Shown here: positions 1 to 12,562 of the stretch, piece after piece
Position numbering within the stretch: the stretch's first letter is position 1
Layout of the letters: every line of letters starts with the position of its first letter
Assembly: GCA_013265495.1 (NCBI GenBank)
Contig: MU058384.1
Coordinates: 5,328,792 to 5,392,791, forward strand
From: Vicugna vicugna
Taxonomy: Eukaryota
Length of the DNA: 64,000 nt
Reading direction: 5' to 3'
The notes under the pieces: generated by a model
Database searches by the model: none
Told to the model about the DNA's origin: nothing
The model's input: the letters and a program-made list of their open reading frames with translations, nothing else
Made by a program: the position numbers and the translations under genes

Positions 1-59
1 GAAACTTTGTATGTCTATTTAAGTTGATTTTTCATAGCAAAAATTATTGAACAATTTTT

Positions 60-700
60 CAGCATATACAACAGTTACCGTCATTATATAAAAGGCTCTT
101 ATAAACCAATAACAAAAATATCAAGATACCAAAGTATTGAGTAATGATATTGAAGAGTTAATTGACAAACAAAAATGTTCAAATAGCTAATAAACATCAC
201 AAATTCAATCTCTAATAATCAGAGAAATGCAAATAAAATCAATGTGATATTATTTTTCTCTCATCAAATTATCAGAAATTTTAAATACAATGTCCTGTGT
301 TTAGAGGCACTGCTGATGGAGATAAAAATAGATACAACGTTGTGGAGTACAATTTGAAATGTATATCTGTAAAGCCTTAAAAATTTGCCCTTCGATCCCA
401 AAATTCTACTTTTTAGAGTTTACCCAAAGAGAACAATAAGAGATGTACCCAGCGAGTTATGTGGGAGTATATTCATGTAGCATTGTGTCTTATGTTACAA
501 TATTGGGAAAGTGTTCAACAATAGGGAAATAATTCAATAAAATTTGATAGAGCCATATCATGGCCCATTATGCAATCTTTAGAACTCATGTTTCTAAGAA
601 TAATGACAAAATGAAATGCTAATAACATATTCTTATAGAAAAAGTAGAATAGAAAACAGTGTGATCTGAATATTGGAGGATGTGGAGGGGATAGGAAAAC
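60..700 (+). mobile_element. Degraded L1M (old LINE-1) ORF2 3' end/3' UTR fragment
   Basis: L1-like motifs atcagagaaatgcaaataaaa and cactgctgatgga...tacaac...tggag..caattt; A-rich + strand; boundaries approximate. Confidence 0.75.
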
Positions 701-895
701 GAGAAAAAGGATGTGTCTATGTGTCTAAATTAAGAAAAACAAAAACAACAGAAGCAAAAGAAATCAGAAGTGATCTGTAGTTTTTTGTTTTCTCTCTTGG
801 GGGAGGATGGATATTTCTTAATATTTTTATAGTTTTTTAAAATACTTAAAATTGCTATTTTTATAGGCAGAAATGAATCTTACAATAAATGCTAC

Positions 896-937
896 TTTTT
901 TCTTTCTTTCTTTTTTTTTTTTTTTTTTTTTTTTTTA
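896..937. repeat. T-rich/poly(T) tract
   Basis: tttttt(cttt)n followed by a long T run. Confidence 0.9.
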
Positions 938-1699
938 CGCTAAGAGCACATGGAAACATATTTTTGGGTGCTGTGGGCGATAAGCTTTCCTAGAGCAGGG
1001 TATTGCTAGCCTGTGACAGCTGGGCTTCCCTGTTCTGCCGAGTCAGAACACCAAGAGAGCTGGCTGCAAAGTTGGCGGAGCCCTTTCTGTTCAAGTGACT
1101 CTACTCAACAATACATTAAACTTGGCAGTTTTTAGGGTCAATAAAAGGTTTGTTTGAAAATGAACCACGTGAAAAATGAAACATGGCCAGTGACTGTAGA
1201 ATGGCTTGTCCATGATGGGCCTTTTATTTTGTGGCCTGCTTCTCTGTTGCTCTGTCTAGATCCTCTGCCCTTACAGTGCAGGGTCATGAGGCGAGCTAGG
1301 TGGACTCTGGCGTTCACACTTTCAGAGCAGGCTTGTCAGGGGTGGGTCCATTTCCATGATGAGTAAGGACAGAAATCTCCTGATGGAGAGCTCATCCAAC
1401 AGGAGTTGCTGCCCGGCACAGAGACCTTGGCTAGTGTCCAGAATATGCGTTAATTATTGATCAGATAGGTTTTTCATTCCAGCTCCACTGTGTCTACTAT
1501 TCCCAGGGGTTGAAGGTTAGGAAGATCTCAAGTAAATGATCGCAAGTTCTTTTTCAGAAGACTGGGCACTGCTTCATTGCATGGTTAGCAATGTGTAATA
1601 ATTTTAAAAAAAGGCAAGCAGCTTTTTCTTTTTTTTTTGCCTAGAATTAGATTAAACATAATCCTTGGCTTCACATACACAACATTGGTCAATGCAAAG

Positions 1700-2860
1700 C
1701 ACTTATTTTATTTTTATTCGGTTGTTATTTCTAGTGCAGTAATCACCCATGAACCCACTGCCTCATCTAGCTAATGGTCCTCCACAGTTCCATTCTCTGC
1801 TTCCCCTTTCCTGACATACATAACCACATCCTGAATTTTGTGTTCATTATTTTCTTGCTATCCTTTCTAATATTCTTTCTGTTAATCTCTACATATTCCA
1901 TAATAGTATAATTTTTTAAATTTTGTTTTTGTTTTATGTAAAAGGGTATCCTCCTTAGGCAATCTTTCAGATTCAGCCATATGGTTGCGTGTTGCCGTAG
2001 TCCGTCTTTCTTTGTTCAGTATCCCATTGTGTGACTGACTCTATCACAGGTTGTTCCTCCACTCTTTCACTGACAGGCATTTGGGCTACTTCCAGATCTT
2101 TGTTATTCTGAATCATGAACACTCTTGTACATATCTCCTGGTAAACATGTTCAGAATTTCTTAAGTATATGCCTAGGAATGGAATTGTTGGATCACAGCG
2201 TAGGGGAACGTGAAACTTTGTAGCTAAACGCCAAAGTGTTCTCCAAAGAGTTTTACAAACTTATCTTTTCACCAGCAGATATTTCAGAAATGTCTTATGG
2301 ATCTATATCTTCTCCAACATCAGGTATTATCAGAGTCTCTAACTGTTGCAAATCAAATGAGTATAAAATGATAATCATTGTGGTGTTAATTCGTATTTCC
2401 AATTGAATGGGTATAAAATGATATTTTGTTGTGAAATTGATTTATGTTTCCCTGAACTGAAGTTGAGCATCTGTTCATGTGTTTATTGACCATGTATAAT
2501 TCCTCTTCTGTGAAATGATTGATCTTGTCTTTTGTCTATTTTTCTATTGGGTTGTTTTTGCTTTTCTTGTTGACTTATTGATTTTATATATTCTTGATAC
2601 TAATCCTTTGTTGGCTCTGTGTATTTCAGATATTTTCTTTCAGTTTTTGATTTGTCTTTCTGTTTTATTTAAGGTGCCTCTTGATACATTGCTTAATTTC
2701 AATTTTTTAATTTTAATGCGGTCAAATATATGCCATTTTTTTTTTGCTTTTAAAAGTTAGCATGCTGTGTGTTTTATATCTTTTCCTACTTGAAAATCTA
2801 AAACTATTGATTTATATTTCCTACTAAGAGTCAAAAAGATCTGATTTTGACATTTACAGA
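1700..2860 (-). mobile_element. Degraded L1M fragment, antisense
   Basis: Antisense L1 motifs ggcatttgggctacttccag, cctaggaatggaattgttggatca, gttgagcatctgttcatgtgtttattgacc; explains hydrophobic ORF 2515-2760. Confidence 0.85.
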
Positions 2861-4269
2861 GAGCTATGTTCTTCTACTTCAAAGCAAACTTAGGTTAACA
2901 TCTGTTCCTTAAGATCTGGTGGAAGTGACAGCAGTGTCTATTGACTCGGATTGTGTGCAGCAGGAAAAACAGCAAGCCTGACAGATCTAAGATACTCAGT
3001 GGAGGTGATAATAGTCCCCTTCAATATCCAGATAACAAGGCCCTGATTAAAAGTAAAAGAAAAGGTATATCTGTATTCAGGAACTTACATATTTTCCAGC
3101 AGACTTGATCATGTACACCTAGGAGCTTCTCAAACAGACATGTGATCCTTAAAGTGCCTGAGCCTTTTTACTGGATGGGAGAAAATTACATACTATTACC
3201 CAAAACTATTGAGGAAAAACCAAATTACGTTCATTTTAGAGATATCCATCTGTTTTTCCTAGTTCAAACATTCAAGTCCAGCTTTCCTGATGGGGCATTT
3301 CAAAAGGTAACCTCTTCTACAGGTTTTCTTCTGTTGCAAATGCTCCCCATCATGCATGGTTGTAATAAGAAGAATTTTACAGGCATTGAAGAAAAATGAA
3401 ATTTTCCAGCTATTTCCTTGAAGCCTCTCCTCATGTTTTCCCTCTAAGGTATACCCCTTTTCTTCCTATGTATGTCCTTTTTCCATTTCTTCCTCTGCTT
3501 CCAGAGCCACCTAAGGCACCGGGGGCAGCAGGTGGAGTTGTAATCCCCTTGTGCGTCCGTGAGGCACGGCCAGTGGCTACTTGCTGCTGTCTTGTCAGTA
3601 TCCATATGCCTCGTCTTGGAAGTACTGCCTGTGACTCAAGTTGTAACAGGTGTCTGTGAGTGGGCTGTGGGCTTCCTGCTACCGGATTTGTTTCTGTTAC
3701 ACTTTGGACAATAGTTGTGGACACTGGAACCTCGAATTATAAAGAATAATGACTAGGGTACAATTAAATATCCCCAGACTTTAAAATAGCATTTGTATGC
3801 ACTAACAACTTCCTGTCAAATGAAAGATTGCTTATGACATCCTTATAAAGGCAAAAGCCTTTCCCTGTTTGTCAGCCTTTGCAAGCTGGCCTTTGAATTA
3901 GGCACCACGCCTTTGATCTGCAAGCTATTCAGTAGTCATTGTTTCTGGCCACTGGAAATTCAGGTGCTTTGGGGGAAATTTGGTAACTAAAAACCTAAGG
4001 ATTCTTTGCAATATCATTTAACTATATAAAAAGGTCCTCTGAGTCTGGTTATAAAATAGAACCAAATGACTTTCAGCAAGAAGCCAAAAAAAAAAAAAAA
4101 CAAAACCAAAAAAACTTAAAGGCAGTTAAGTCAATTCCTAAGCAGTTATTAGGTGCTGTGATGAAATGGGGTTACTATCCCATTTTTATTAAATCTGGAA
4201 TTAATTCTAAAGGTACCAAAATTAAGGCTAAAATGAGGGCAATTTCTCCAGCAAAGATTTGGCCCATGG

Positions 4270-4900
4270 GTCAGGGCATTTCACAGAAGAAGAAACTATT
4301 TAGCCAGTACACAAATAAAGAGCTGTCCAATATCAATAGTGGTCAGGGAAAGGCAAGTCCAAACCACAACAAACATCATTTTGTACTTAGTTGATTGGCA
4401 AAAGTTTTAAAGTCTGATGTTATCAAATTTTGGAAATGACAAGGATCAACAGGACCTCAATGCTATTGCAGGGAGCATGCATCGGTGCAATCTGTCTGGA
4501 AAATAGGTTGACAATGTCTCCTAGAGTTGAATATCACGTACCCTTTACCCCAGCAGTTCTGTTTCCGGGTGTGTACCAAAGAGAAACTTGATGTCAGTAG
4601 CAGGAGTCATGTATTTTAACTGCATTGTTCATCACAGCAAAAAACAAGACAGGGGCCAAATACCCATCAACAAGACAGTGGAATAATGAGTATTCACTTG
4701 ATTAATATTGTACATCAATTAGAGATAGTGAACTATAGAGATGTGAAATAACGTAGGTGAATCAAAGTTAAAAACAACCAAAATAAGGAGACGTATTTTG
4801 TAAAGAATGCTTATAAATGAAATAATACTACTTCAAGAGAAGTTGAGGGATTCATAAATACAAGATTTAGGGTAAGATTTACCTCAGGTCAGTTGAGTTT
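4270..4900 (+). mobile_element. Degraded L1M ORF2 3' end fragment
   Basis: ggcatttcacagaagaagaaa...gtcagggaaaggcaagtccaaaccaca...tttaccccagcagttctgtttccggg are L1-like motifs. Confidence 0.75.
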
Positions 4901-5149
4901 TGGGATTAGGGTGCTGAAGACTAGAGTTAGATGGAGGTTAGGGTCATTTTTCTGGCTTTTTGTTTTGGAAAATATATCTGTGGTTGTGTATTGCATTTAT
5001 TAGAACTAACTGGAAAACCAATAAAAGCAGGCCATGAATTATTAATAATAAGTGTGACTGAGGTTGGTTCCATTCTGTCCACCCGAGGTCTGCTGTCCAA
5101 AAAGAAAAACGTTTTCCTTCTGAAATGAGCTATACAAGAATTTTATAAA

Positions 5150-5570
5150 GAATAGAAAGCACAGGGTCATGACACATTTGAATTCTGACACTGTCCTTTG
5201 CTAGCTGTATGATCTTGAGCAAGTTACCTAACCTCTTGCTATTTCAGTTTTCTCATCTGTAAAATGCAATTTATGTTTGTGCTTTCCTGATAGTGTCATG
5301 GTGAGAATTTATTAGGATCACACTTGTGAAATATAGTGAATTTAGCTTAGTGCCTGGGACAGGTTAAGTGCTAAAAAACTATCAACAACACGGTCTTACT
5401 GTACAGCACAGGGAACGATATTCAATATCTTGTAATAGCCTATAACGAAAAGGAATATATATATGTATAACTGAGTCACTATACTATACACCAGAAATTA
5501 ACACAACATTGTAAATTGACTATACTTCAATTAAAAAAAAAACCCAAACTGTTGGCTAGTATTATGAACG
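5150..5570 (+). mobile_element. MIR SINE interrupted by an L1 3' end
   Basis: MIR core ctagctgtatgatcttgagcaagttacctaacctc...cagttttctcatctgtaaaatg; the MIR tail resumes after the L1 insert. Confidence 0.8.
5381..5542 (+). mobile_element. 5'-truncated cetartiodactyl-type L1 3' end
   Basis: actgtacagcacagggaac.atattcaatatcttgtaata...cagaaattaacacaacattgtaaattgactatacttcaat followed by poly(A). Confidence 0.9.
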
Positions 5571-5730
5571 ATAATAACAGTAGTTTCGTATTACTTGGAT
5601 TGATTAGGCTAAAAGTGCAGCTTCTCCTTTATTTAGTTCTGTTCTCATTCACAAGTTTTTCCCAGCTATTCTCGACACTGTACCTTATTTTCACTTCTCA
5701 GTCAATCCTAGGTTAGACTTGAGTGCTCAC

Positions 5731-5999
5731 CCGTATTGACTTTGAAGAAAGATTCTTCCCTGTTGAACTGCAGACCCCATTCTTTGGCTTCTTGCTACCG
5801 CTAAATTGGCAGTATGTGAATGGAAGTAGCCGAGAAGTCTCCGACTATATAAGGTGCTGGTAGAGGCCTGTAATTTCGGACATAGACAGCTCGGGCAGTC
5901 AGAGAAATGAGGAGATGCGAAGGATGATATGGCTTTGGCAATGTAAGTGTAAGTGAAAATAAAGGTTGCTGGATGAAAAGATTTCTTTCCGTCGGTATG
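5731..5999 (-). CDS. Candidate internal coding exon of an unidentified gene (HTDGKKSFHPATF...QQGRIFLQSQY)
   Basis: On the minus strand: acceptor ttttttaaag|CAT (in-frame alternative ccattttag at 6011), a stop-free frame of 89 codons plus 2 nt, and donor CGG|GTGAGC at 5731. CpG-richer than its flanks and not a recognised repeat. No homologue recognised. Confidence 0.35.
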
Positions 6000-6659
6000 C
6001 TTTAAAAAAATCTAAAATGGCTCATATATAGGAAATCTCTATCTTCATCACATTTTTCTCTATGCATGTCAGAAGCAATGCTAAGCAGAGACTGGCTTTT
6101 TCATCTAGTGATATGCTTTGATCTAAAGAGCTCAGTGAATTCTAATTTTTTCTGATAACAGTTAAAATATAGATTAAAAAACAGTTCACTGAGAATAGAG
6201 TTACATAATTATAACTATATGATCGTATAAAATTATATGTAAGACTTCTGTACTGAAATTCTAACCCATGTACAACATGGGATATTAATTACGCTTTTTA
6301 ACAGTTTGAGGTTCCCAAATGAGAAAAAAAAAATTGTATGACAAAAATGAAAAAGGATAAAAATTTTGTGTGTGTATAATTACTATTTTTGTAGTTACTG
6401 AAAATTTTTAGTTGCACCAAAATATAAAATAGTGCATTAAGCTAAAAGATAAGTTTGCCCTTCCTGAAAAAGGTGAATAAAAGAACTTCTAAACTGCAGT
6501 AAAAAATAAATAAATAAACCCTGTATCATAGCAATTTTCCATTTATTTGTAAAAAAAATTCCCAGCTGAGCTACTTCAAAAGACATTTCAGGAGACCTCT
6601 GCCCTTGGCTCTGTGTGATTTCGATTGAAAAATCACTGTCAGTGCTGGTTGAGGAATTG

Positions 6660-7560
6660 TGGAGCATGAAAGATGTGTTCTGAAACAGGATGGGAAAGGG
6701 AAGATGTCCTAGTTTTTTGAAAGGGGAAGATATTTGAACTTCTCAGACCACAAAGTGGAAAATTAGACATTGATGCTGAAAAAATTTCAGAACAGATTAT
6801 CATAATGAGCCCATAGAAGGGGGAGAAGCGAGATGAATAAGAACTCCCCTTAGAGACTCACTTCCACTTGGTAAGACCACTGAGCTGGCAGATTACGCAG
6901 CTCATGGTCTCTTGGTGATTCCGCAGCTGGGTGGAAGGGCAAACTTTTTGGAACCTGAAATAGCTTGATGGGATGGAACAATGGGCCAAATCTAACAAGA
7001 TAAAATTGACACACTGTAAATGATTATACTTCAATTAAAAAAAAATAAAAGGGGGGGGATATAAAGGCTGCCCTTAGTTCCAGAAAATTATCACTGCCAG
7101 CACAGGAGGAGCAGGCAGATTGCAAGGCTAAATGCAAGGTTTAAGCAGATTGCATCCTGCACCCAGGTACCTGGCTGAGGATGTGGCTGGGGACTGTGTC
7201 CATCCACAGAGAACACCTCTTCCTTATTTGTAAAGAGGTGCGGTAAAGCAGGAGGATGAACGCTTGGAACAATACAAGTTAAGGATTTTGATTAACTATG
7301 GACTCAACAAGTTACTACTGTAGGATGATCACCATGAGTTGGGGAGGGTATATTCCTTGACGTGCCATGTTCAGAACAAGAGTGGCCAGTGTCCAAGCTG
7401 AGTTGGACATATTGATGGTGGAAAGAAGGACAGTGGTCAACTGGAAAACGACAAGAAGAGAAGAGTGAAAAACTCTGGAAACTGTGATCTCTGAAGAATA
7501 GCGAAAAGAAGAATGTTTAGTCTGAAGGAGGGAAAATTTAGAAGGGCCGTGAAAGATTTC
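6660..7560 (+). mobile_element. L3/CR1 LINE fossil (RT-region fragments)
   Basis: Degenerate CR1-like motifs: gatgtcctagttttttgaaaggggaag (~V.IFKKG), aaaatttcagaacagattatc (~KILEQII), tggaacaatgggccaaatctaacaagat, atgtttagtctgaaggagggaaaatttagaaggg (~FSLEKRRLRG). Confidence 0.65.
7003..7050 (+). mobile_element. Very short L1 3' end with poly(A)
   Basis: aaattgacacactgtaaatgattatacttcaattaaaaaaaaa matches the end of the 5381-5542 copy. Confidence 0.75.
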
Positions 7561-8480
7561 TAGCAAATAAAACATGAGCATAGGACACTGCAAAGCAGGG
7601 CATCAAAGGCCAAACTGATATTAAATAATTTTTTAAAAAATGTTTTAAAAAATATATTTTAAAATATTTTTAAAAAATAATTTTGCGGTTGAGATTTGAA
7701 AAAACACATCAAAATTTTCCTTATGAGGACATTTGGAACTCAATTTTCTTCCCTTACAGTATTTTTATATTTTTATATTTTGAAGTACAAATTGCCTAAA
7801 AGGCAGGGAACATCATATCTTTTTAAGACTTTAAGACTTCATATCTGAAGTCTTAACCAAGGTCATAGAAGATCTAGAACTTTCTATCAATTTGACATGT
7901 CCAAAACTGGAGCAGACAGTGTTGTCAATGGCTAGTGTGGCTAAGGCTGAGAGCAGGCACCACTTCCTGGGTGTGATAAAGAGGCAGTGTGTACACTGGA
8001 TAAAGTGTAGGGCTAGACTGCTTTTGTCTCTGCACATGCTGAGATTCTATGAGTCTGAGAAAAAGCAATTTCTCTAAAGAAAGAGGAAAATTGAGATCGC
8101 CAGTTTGTCTGGTCCTTCGCAGAGAACTGCGGAACTAAAGAGAGAATTGTAATACTTGTGATGCAGGAAGCTAGGGTCTGCTCAATTTCTCCTTCTTCCT
8201 TTTGAGTAATTAACTAGGGACACTTCGTGAATCCCCTTCTTAGGCTTGGCATGTTAACAACTGAGGCTTGGGACATAATACTGTAAGGTGAGGGCTAGTT
8301 AGCTTGTGAAGGTTTGATTTCAAAGCAAGCAAACTAACTCACATCGATTTTATGGCTATAAACTTTACTGAAAACTGCAGCTGTCTTGGTCAAGCATGCT
8401 CAGAGTAGCAGGTAGGCAATTGAAGATGGCTGGGTGAGTTAATATTTACTTTCCTGCTAGAAAAGCAGGAAAATCTCTCT

Positions 8481-8536
<56 letters not shown>
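8481..8536. repeat. (GATA)14 microsatellite
   Basis: Perfect tetranucleotide run. Confidence 0.98.
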
Positions 8537-8537
<1 letters not shown>

Positions 8538-11309
8538 GTGTGTGTGTATGTTTGTGTGTGTCCAGTGACTGGAATGTCTGGTGTTTCTTCTCTGTCACAG
8601 TTGAGACCATCATCCAGAGGTGACTACTGCTTACCATCCCTTTGATTGGACCTTGAGCTTATTTTGCAAAAATATCAAATACACATTTCCTGATGCGCTA
8701 TATGGATGTATATCCTGTATTAAACTAAAAGATGACAATTTGCCCTTCCTGAAAGAGGAAGTATGTACATATACTCTCATGAAATTATCCCCAAGTAACA
8801 AATTGTCTACTAGAGAATAATTTGATTTTCTTTGGTTATGTCCTTATTTTATTTATTCTCAGGGAGAGGATAGACTAGCTGATGAGACAGCAATAAAAGG
8901 AACAGGCAAAGCCACTCAGAGTTTACCACACCCCCAATATGCTCCTTCCTGTGTCAGCTACTGGCTCTTAGTCTTATAGTGGCCTTATGCTTGGGAAGTG
9001 GGGGGAAGGGCTGTGTGGCAAACTGATGTGGAATACCTGGATCCTATTGAAATGAGACAACATATACAGCAAAAGCAGCCCTGAAGAAGAAGAAGAAAAA
9101 AATCACAGTCCAAAGATGCACGTGGATAAGAAAGGGGCTATCACATCACTTAGTTTTGGTCATTTGCGTTTCATTTCTCTGCAGTGGCCTTTGTACCATG
9201 TGGAGGCAGGGCAGTGATGGGTTTGCGTCAGGAATACTGCTCCGATTTTACATGAGTTATGATCACAGTCTCAACAAACAGCCTGAGCTCCTTGCTGTTG
9301 GCTAAAGATCAGGGAAAACAGACCTTCCCAGCAGGGCTGACCTGGAACAAACGGGTACTTGCTGCATCAGTGAAGCAAAGTCGAAGCTGGGGACACTCTG
9401 GGATGATACGTTCCTCCAAAGTCAGGGCATACTGTGTAACAGAGCAGCAGGGTAGGCGAGGGTATAACTTTTTTAGGAAAAGCTTTCTCCATTGCTGATT
9501 GGTTACACTCTTGGAATTAGCCATGTTCTATGCTAATTTCTGCCAGGCATATCAAATACCCTTAGTAAAGTGAGTCACTAAGATTTTGTACCTAAGGGAT
9601 ATATTGTTAAGTAACGTGAACTTTGAATTTAATCCCTTAATCTAAATAGAGCTTCAGTAATAGAAGTCTGCCTCCAGACACACGGTTATGTAACTTTGCT
9701 GCTTGAGCCTCCTGGTGTGGGATTGTTTTGTTCATCCGAGTCATCACCATGGTTACCTCCTCAACTTGGGTGTGACAGAGAGCTCTGTACAAGGAAGGTG
9801 GTGTTCTACATGTCTTAGACGGTGTGTTCCAGCACTGATCAGTAGTCTTTTTAGTCATGGGCATGTTGCAATAGGAATTATTGAATGTTTAGGGAAAAAA
9901 AGACAACTTTAGGAAGCTTTTGAGAAGAGAGGAGAGAGAGAGAGAGTGCATGTGCATGGCAGCAACAAAAGAAACAGAGTAAGAATCAGCACCAGGTAGT
10001 CCTCAGCTGACACACTGAGTAGATCCGATCAGACAATTCAGCGTGTTTCCTGTGCTCTGGAACCAAGTCACTGAGGGATTTAGGAGCATTCCAGGGTTTC
10101 TTTATCAATGGGGTCAAACATGCAAATTCTTTCCACTGAAGTAAATCGTTGTTATCCCAAGGCTCTGAAAGGCAAGTCAAATTTCTTCCACTGAAGGAGA
10201 TATATCTCATATTTGGTATATTTCTCTAATTACATAAATGTTTACTGAAATTCCTTCCAAGATAATAGGTTGAAAACTTGGAGAGACCATCTATTACACG
10301 ACAAGTTGTTCCTCCAAGGATGGAAAACTTTACTTGACATTTAAGTTCCTGACCAAAAATGCCTGTAAGAGACGAGGACAGATATATACATTGAAACCAC
10401 AAATACTGGCGCTACTGTAGGTGGTTTGGGGGAAAGGGTATGGATTGCGAAGAAATGTTTGAGATACTAGAAAATGCAGAATAAGGCATTAACTGCCAAC
10501 TCTAACTTTTATTCTTCTCGGCACACAAACATAATACACTGTGGTAGACTTTAAATGATCCATTTTGTATTCATTCTTGGTGGAGAAGGCCCTGAGGTTG
10601 AGGAAGGGAGAGGGACTACAAGTCTTCCTTATTTGAAACTTGGGGAGGGAGAGAACAATGGAATTGATCCTGTTCCACATTTCAGACAAAGTCACAGGTC
10701 ACCATTTAGCTGTCTCCTTGGCAGAGGGAGGGACACCCTAGGAGCAGAATGCAGGAGGAAAGAAGGGACGAGGGAGAGAGGATATGATGGAGTGGGGACA
10801 ATTTTCATAGAGCATCACTCTAAGTGCCCTCCACACTGAGCACCATGATTACTATGAGTTCCTTCACTATTACTGGTCACAGCCAGGAGGTGGTCAGGTC
10901 ACTGAATATCTGGGTGGACCAAAGGAAAGATAGGGTGCTTCGGTATATAGACTCACCTATTAATATATAACTCTACTTATAACTCTCCAATCTCCATGTG
11001 AAACATCAAAAAACAATAAATAAATTGCTGTGGGTGTGTTTTAAATGAGATTTAAATGAGTGTGATATAAGGCACTACTTTTTAATGATTGGCAAGCCAC
11101 AGTGATAAGTAGACAGTAAACCCATGAGTCATCCTTTACTCCTCCTTTCCCTCCTACTCCATCAACTAGATGAGCTGACTCTACTAAAGTGCATCTTATG
11201 GCTACATCCAGTCTCCCCATCTCCCCCACCTCCTACTGCTCTGTCCAGTTCAGGTTCTAATCATCTCTTGTCTAGACAGTTGTACCGGGAAGTAGCCATT
11301 GAAGGTCTG

Positions 11310-11700
11310 CACTGTCCTACCCTCTGCTAAGAGCTTAGAGAGAATTTAAGAAGACACAAGTGGGTGCCTACTTTCATGGAGCTTACATTTTTGAAGGGAA
11401 AGTGAGAAACCGATTGCATAATTCGTTATTAATTAACATGTTAACAGATGCAACAAAGGGTAAGTGTAAGGTGTTCGGGAGCATACAGAAGGCACCTAAG
11501 GATGGCTTCCTTGAGAAACTAATGTATGAGTGGAGTTTTGAAGAATAGGTAAGAAGTAACGTGTGTAGAGGGGAGATCCAGACACAGGGAAGAATATTCC
11601 AGGTGACTCTTTGGTATGAAGGAGAGTTGGAAAGGCTAAGAATGCCAGTGGTGCTGGTGCAAGGAGAGAGGCAGGAAAAGGCAAGGGTTAGAACTCCGGG
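11310..11700 (-). mobile_element. L2 LINE fragment
   Basis: gcctactttcatggagcttacatt...ggcttccttgagaaa...ttttgaagaatagg, a typical antisense L2 pattern. Confidence 0.7.
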
Positions 11701-11779
11701 AACTTGAAAGTTGGAAAAGGATTCTAGTTTCTTCTAGGATAATGCACATCCTTTGGCGTGTAATACAGCTTTTGGAGAT

Positions 11780-11960
11780 CAGTTCATGTCTTCTCCTCCA
11801 GGCAGCCTTCCCTGATTGTCTCTTTTCCCCACCTCCCTTCACTGTTTGGTGCCCATGGTTTATCACTGCACACAAGTTAAGGCAATTATTTGCTATGGGT
11901 CTCTATTGCGCATTTGATGGTGAGCGTCTTGAACTCAGGAACCACATACTGTTTATAACC
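11780..11960 (+). mobile_element. L2 3' fragment
   Basis: cttctcctccaggcagccttccctgatt...gtgagcgtcttgaactcaggaaccacatactgttta. Confidence 0.55.
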
Positions 11961-12562
11961 CCATATAACCCCAAATTAAAGCTTTCCCAATATTCCACTG
12001 AAGGGAGACAGTCTGATGCCAGTAAACACGTAACTATTGTCCAGGAGAAGAAAAACATCCTGAAAGATAGAAGGAATAATATGAAATGTTGGAGTTTTTT
12101 TTTCAATTTTAATTTTTAAAGTTGGTTTTCAAGAAAGTGTGCACAGGGTTTCAGAATTTGTTTTTAAGAAAACTATTTATGGGTATTTAGAATTAAATAT
12201 TCTTTACCATAGCCATCCCGCACCACTTCCAACACCCAGGGTATCTAGTAGTAAGGAAAAGAGAAACTTCATGAATATGTAGTGAAGTAGGAAATTTCTT
12301 TTAAATCACATGACTAAGAAATTGCGCATGTAGGGTATGAGATCCTAGACCAGGCCGGGGGAGACAAAGGCAGGAGAGCGCAGCTCCCCACGGCCACAGC
12401 CCTCGCTGTTGGCTATTGACCTGATAGGCTTCTCCACATCACCTGTGTGTTCCCTCTGCGTCTCACTCAACACAGGCTTCCTAGGGCCACCACCAACCAC
12501 CTGGCTAAGATGAGACTTGTTGACCTGTGTGCATGGAGAGCCTGGGGTTGTCATTTACATAC

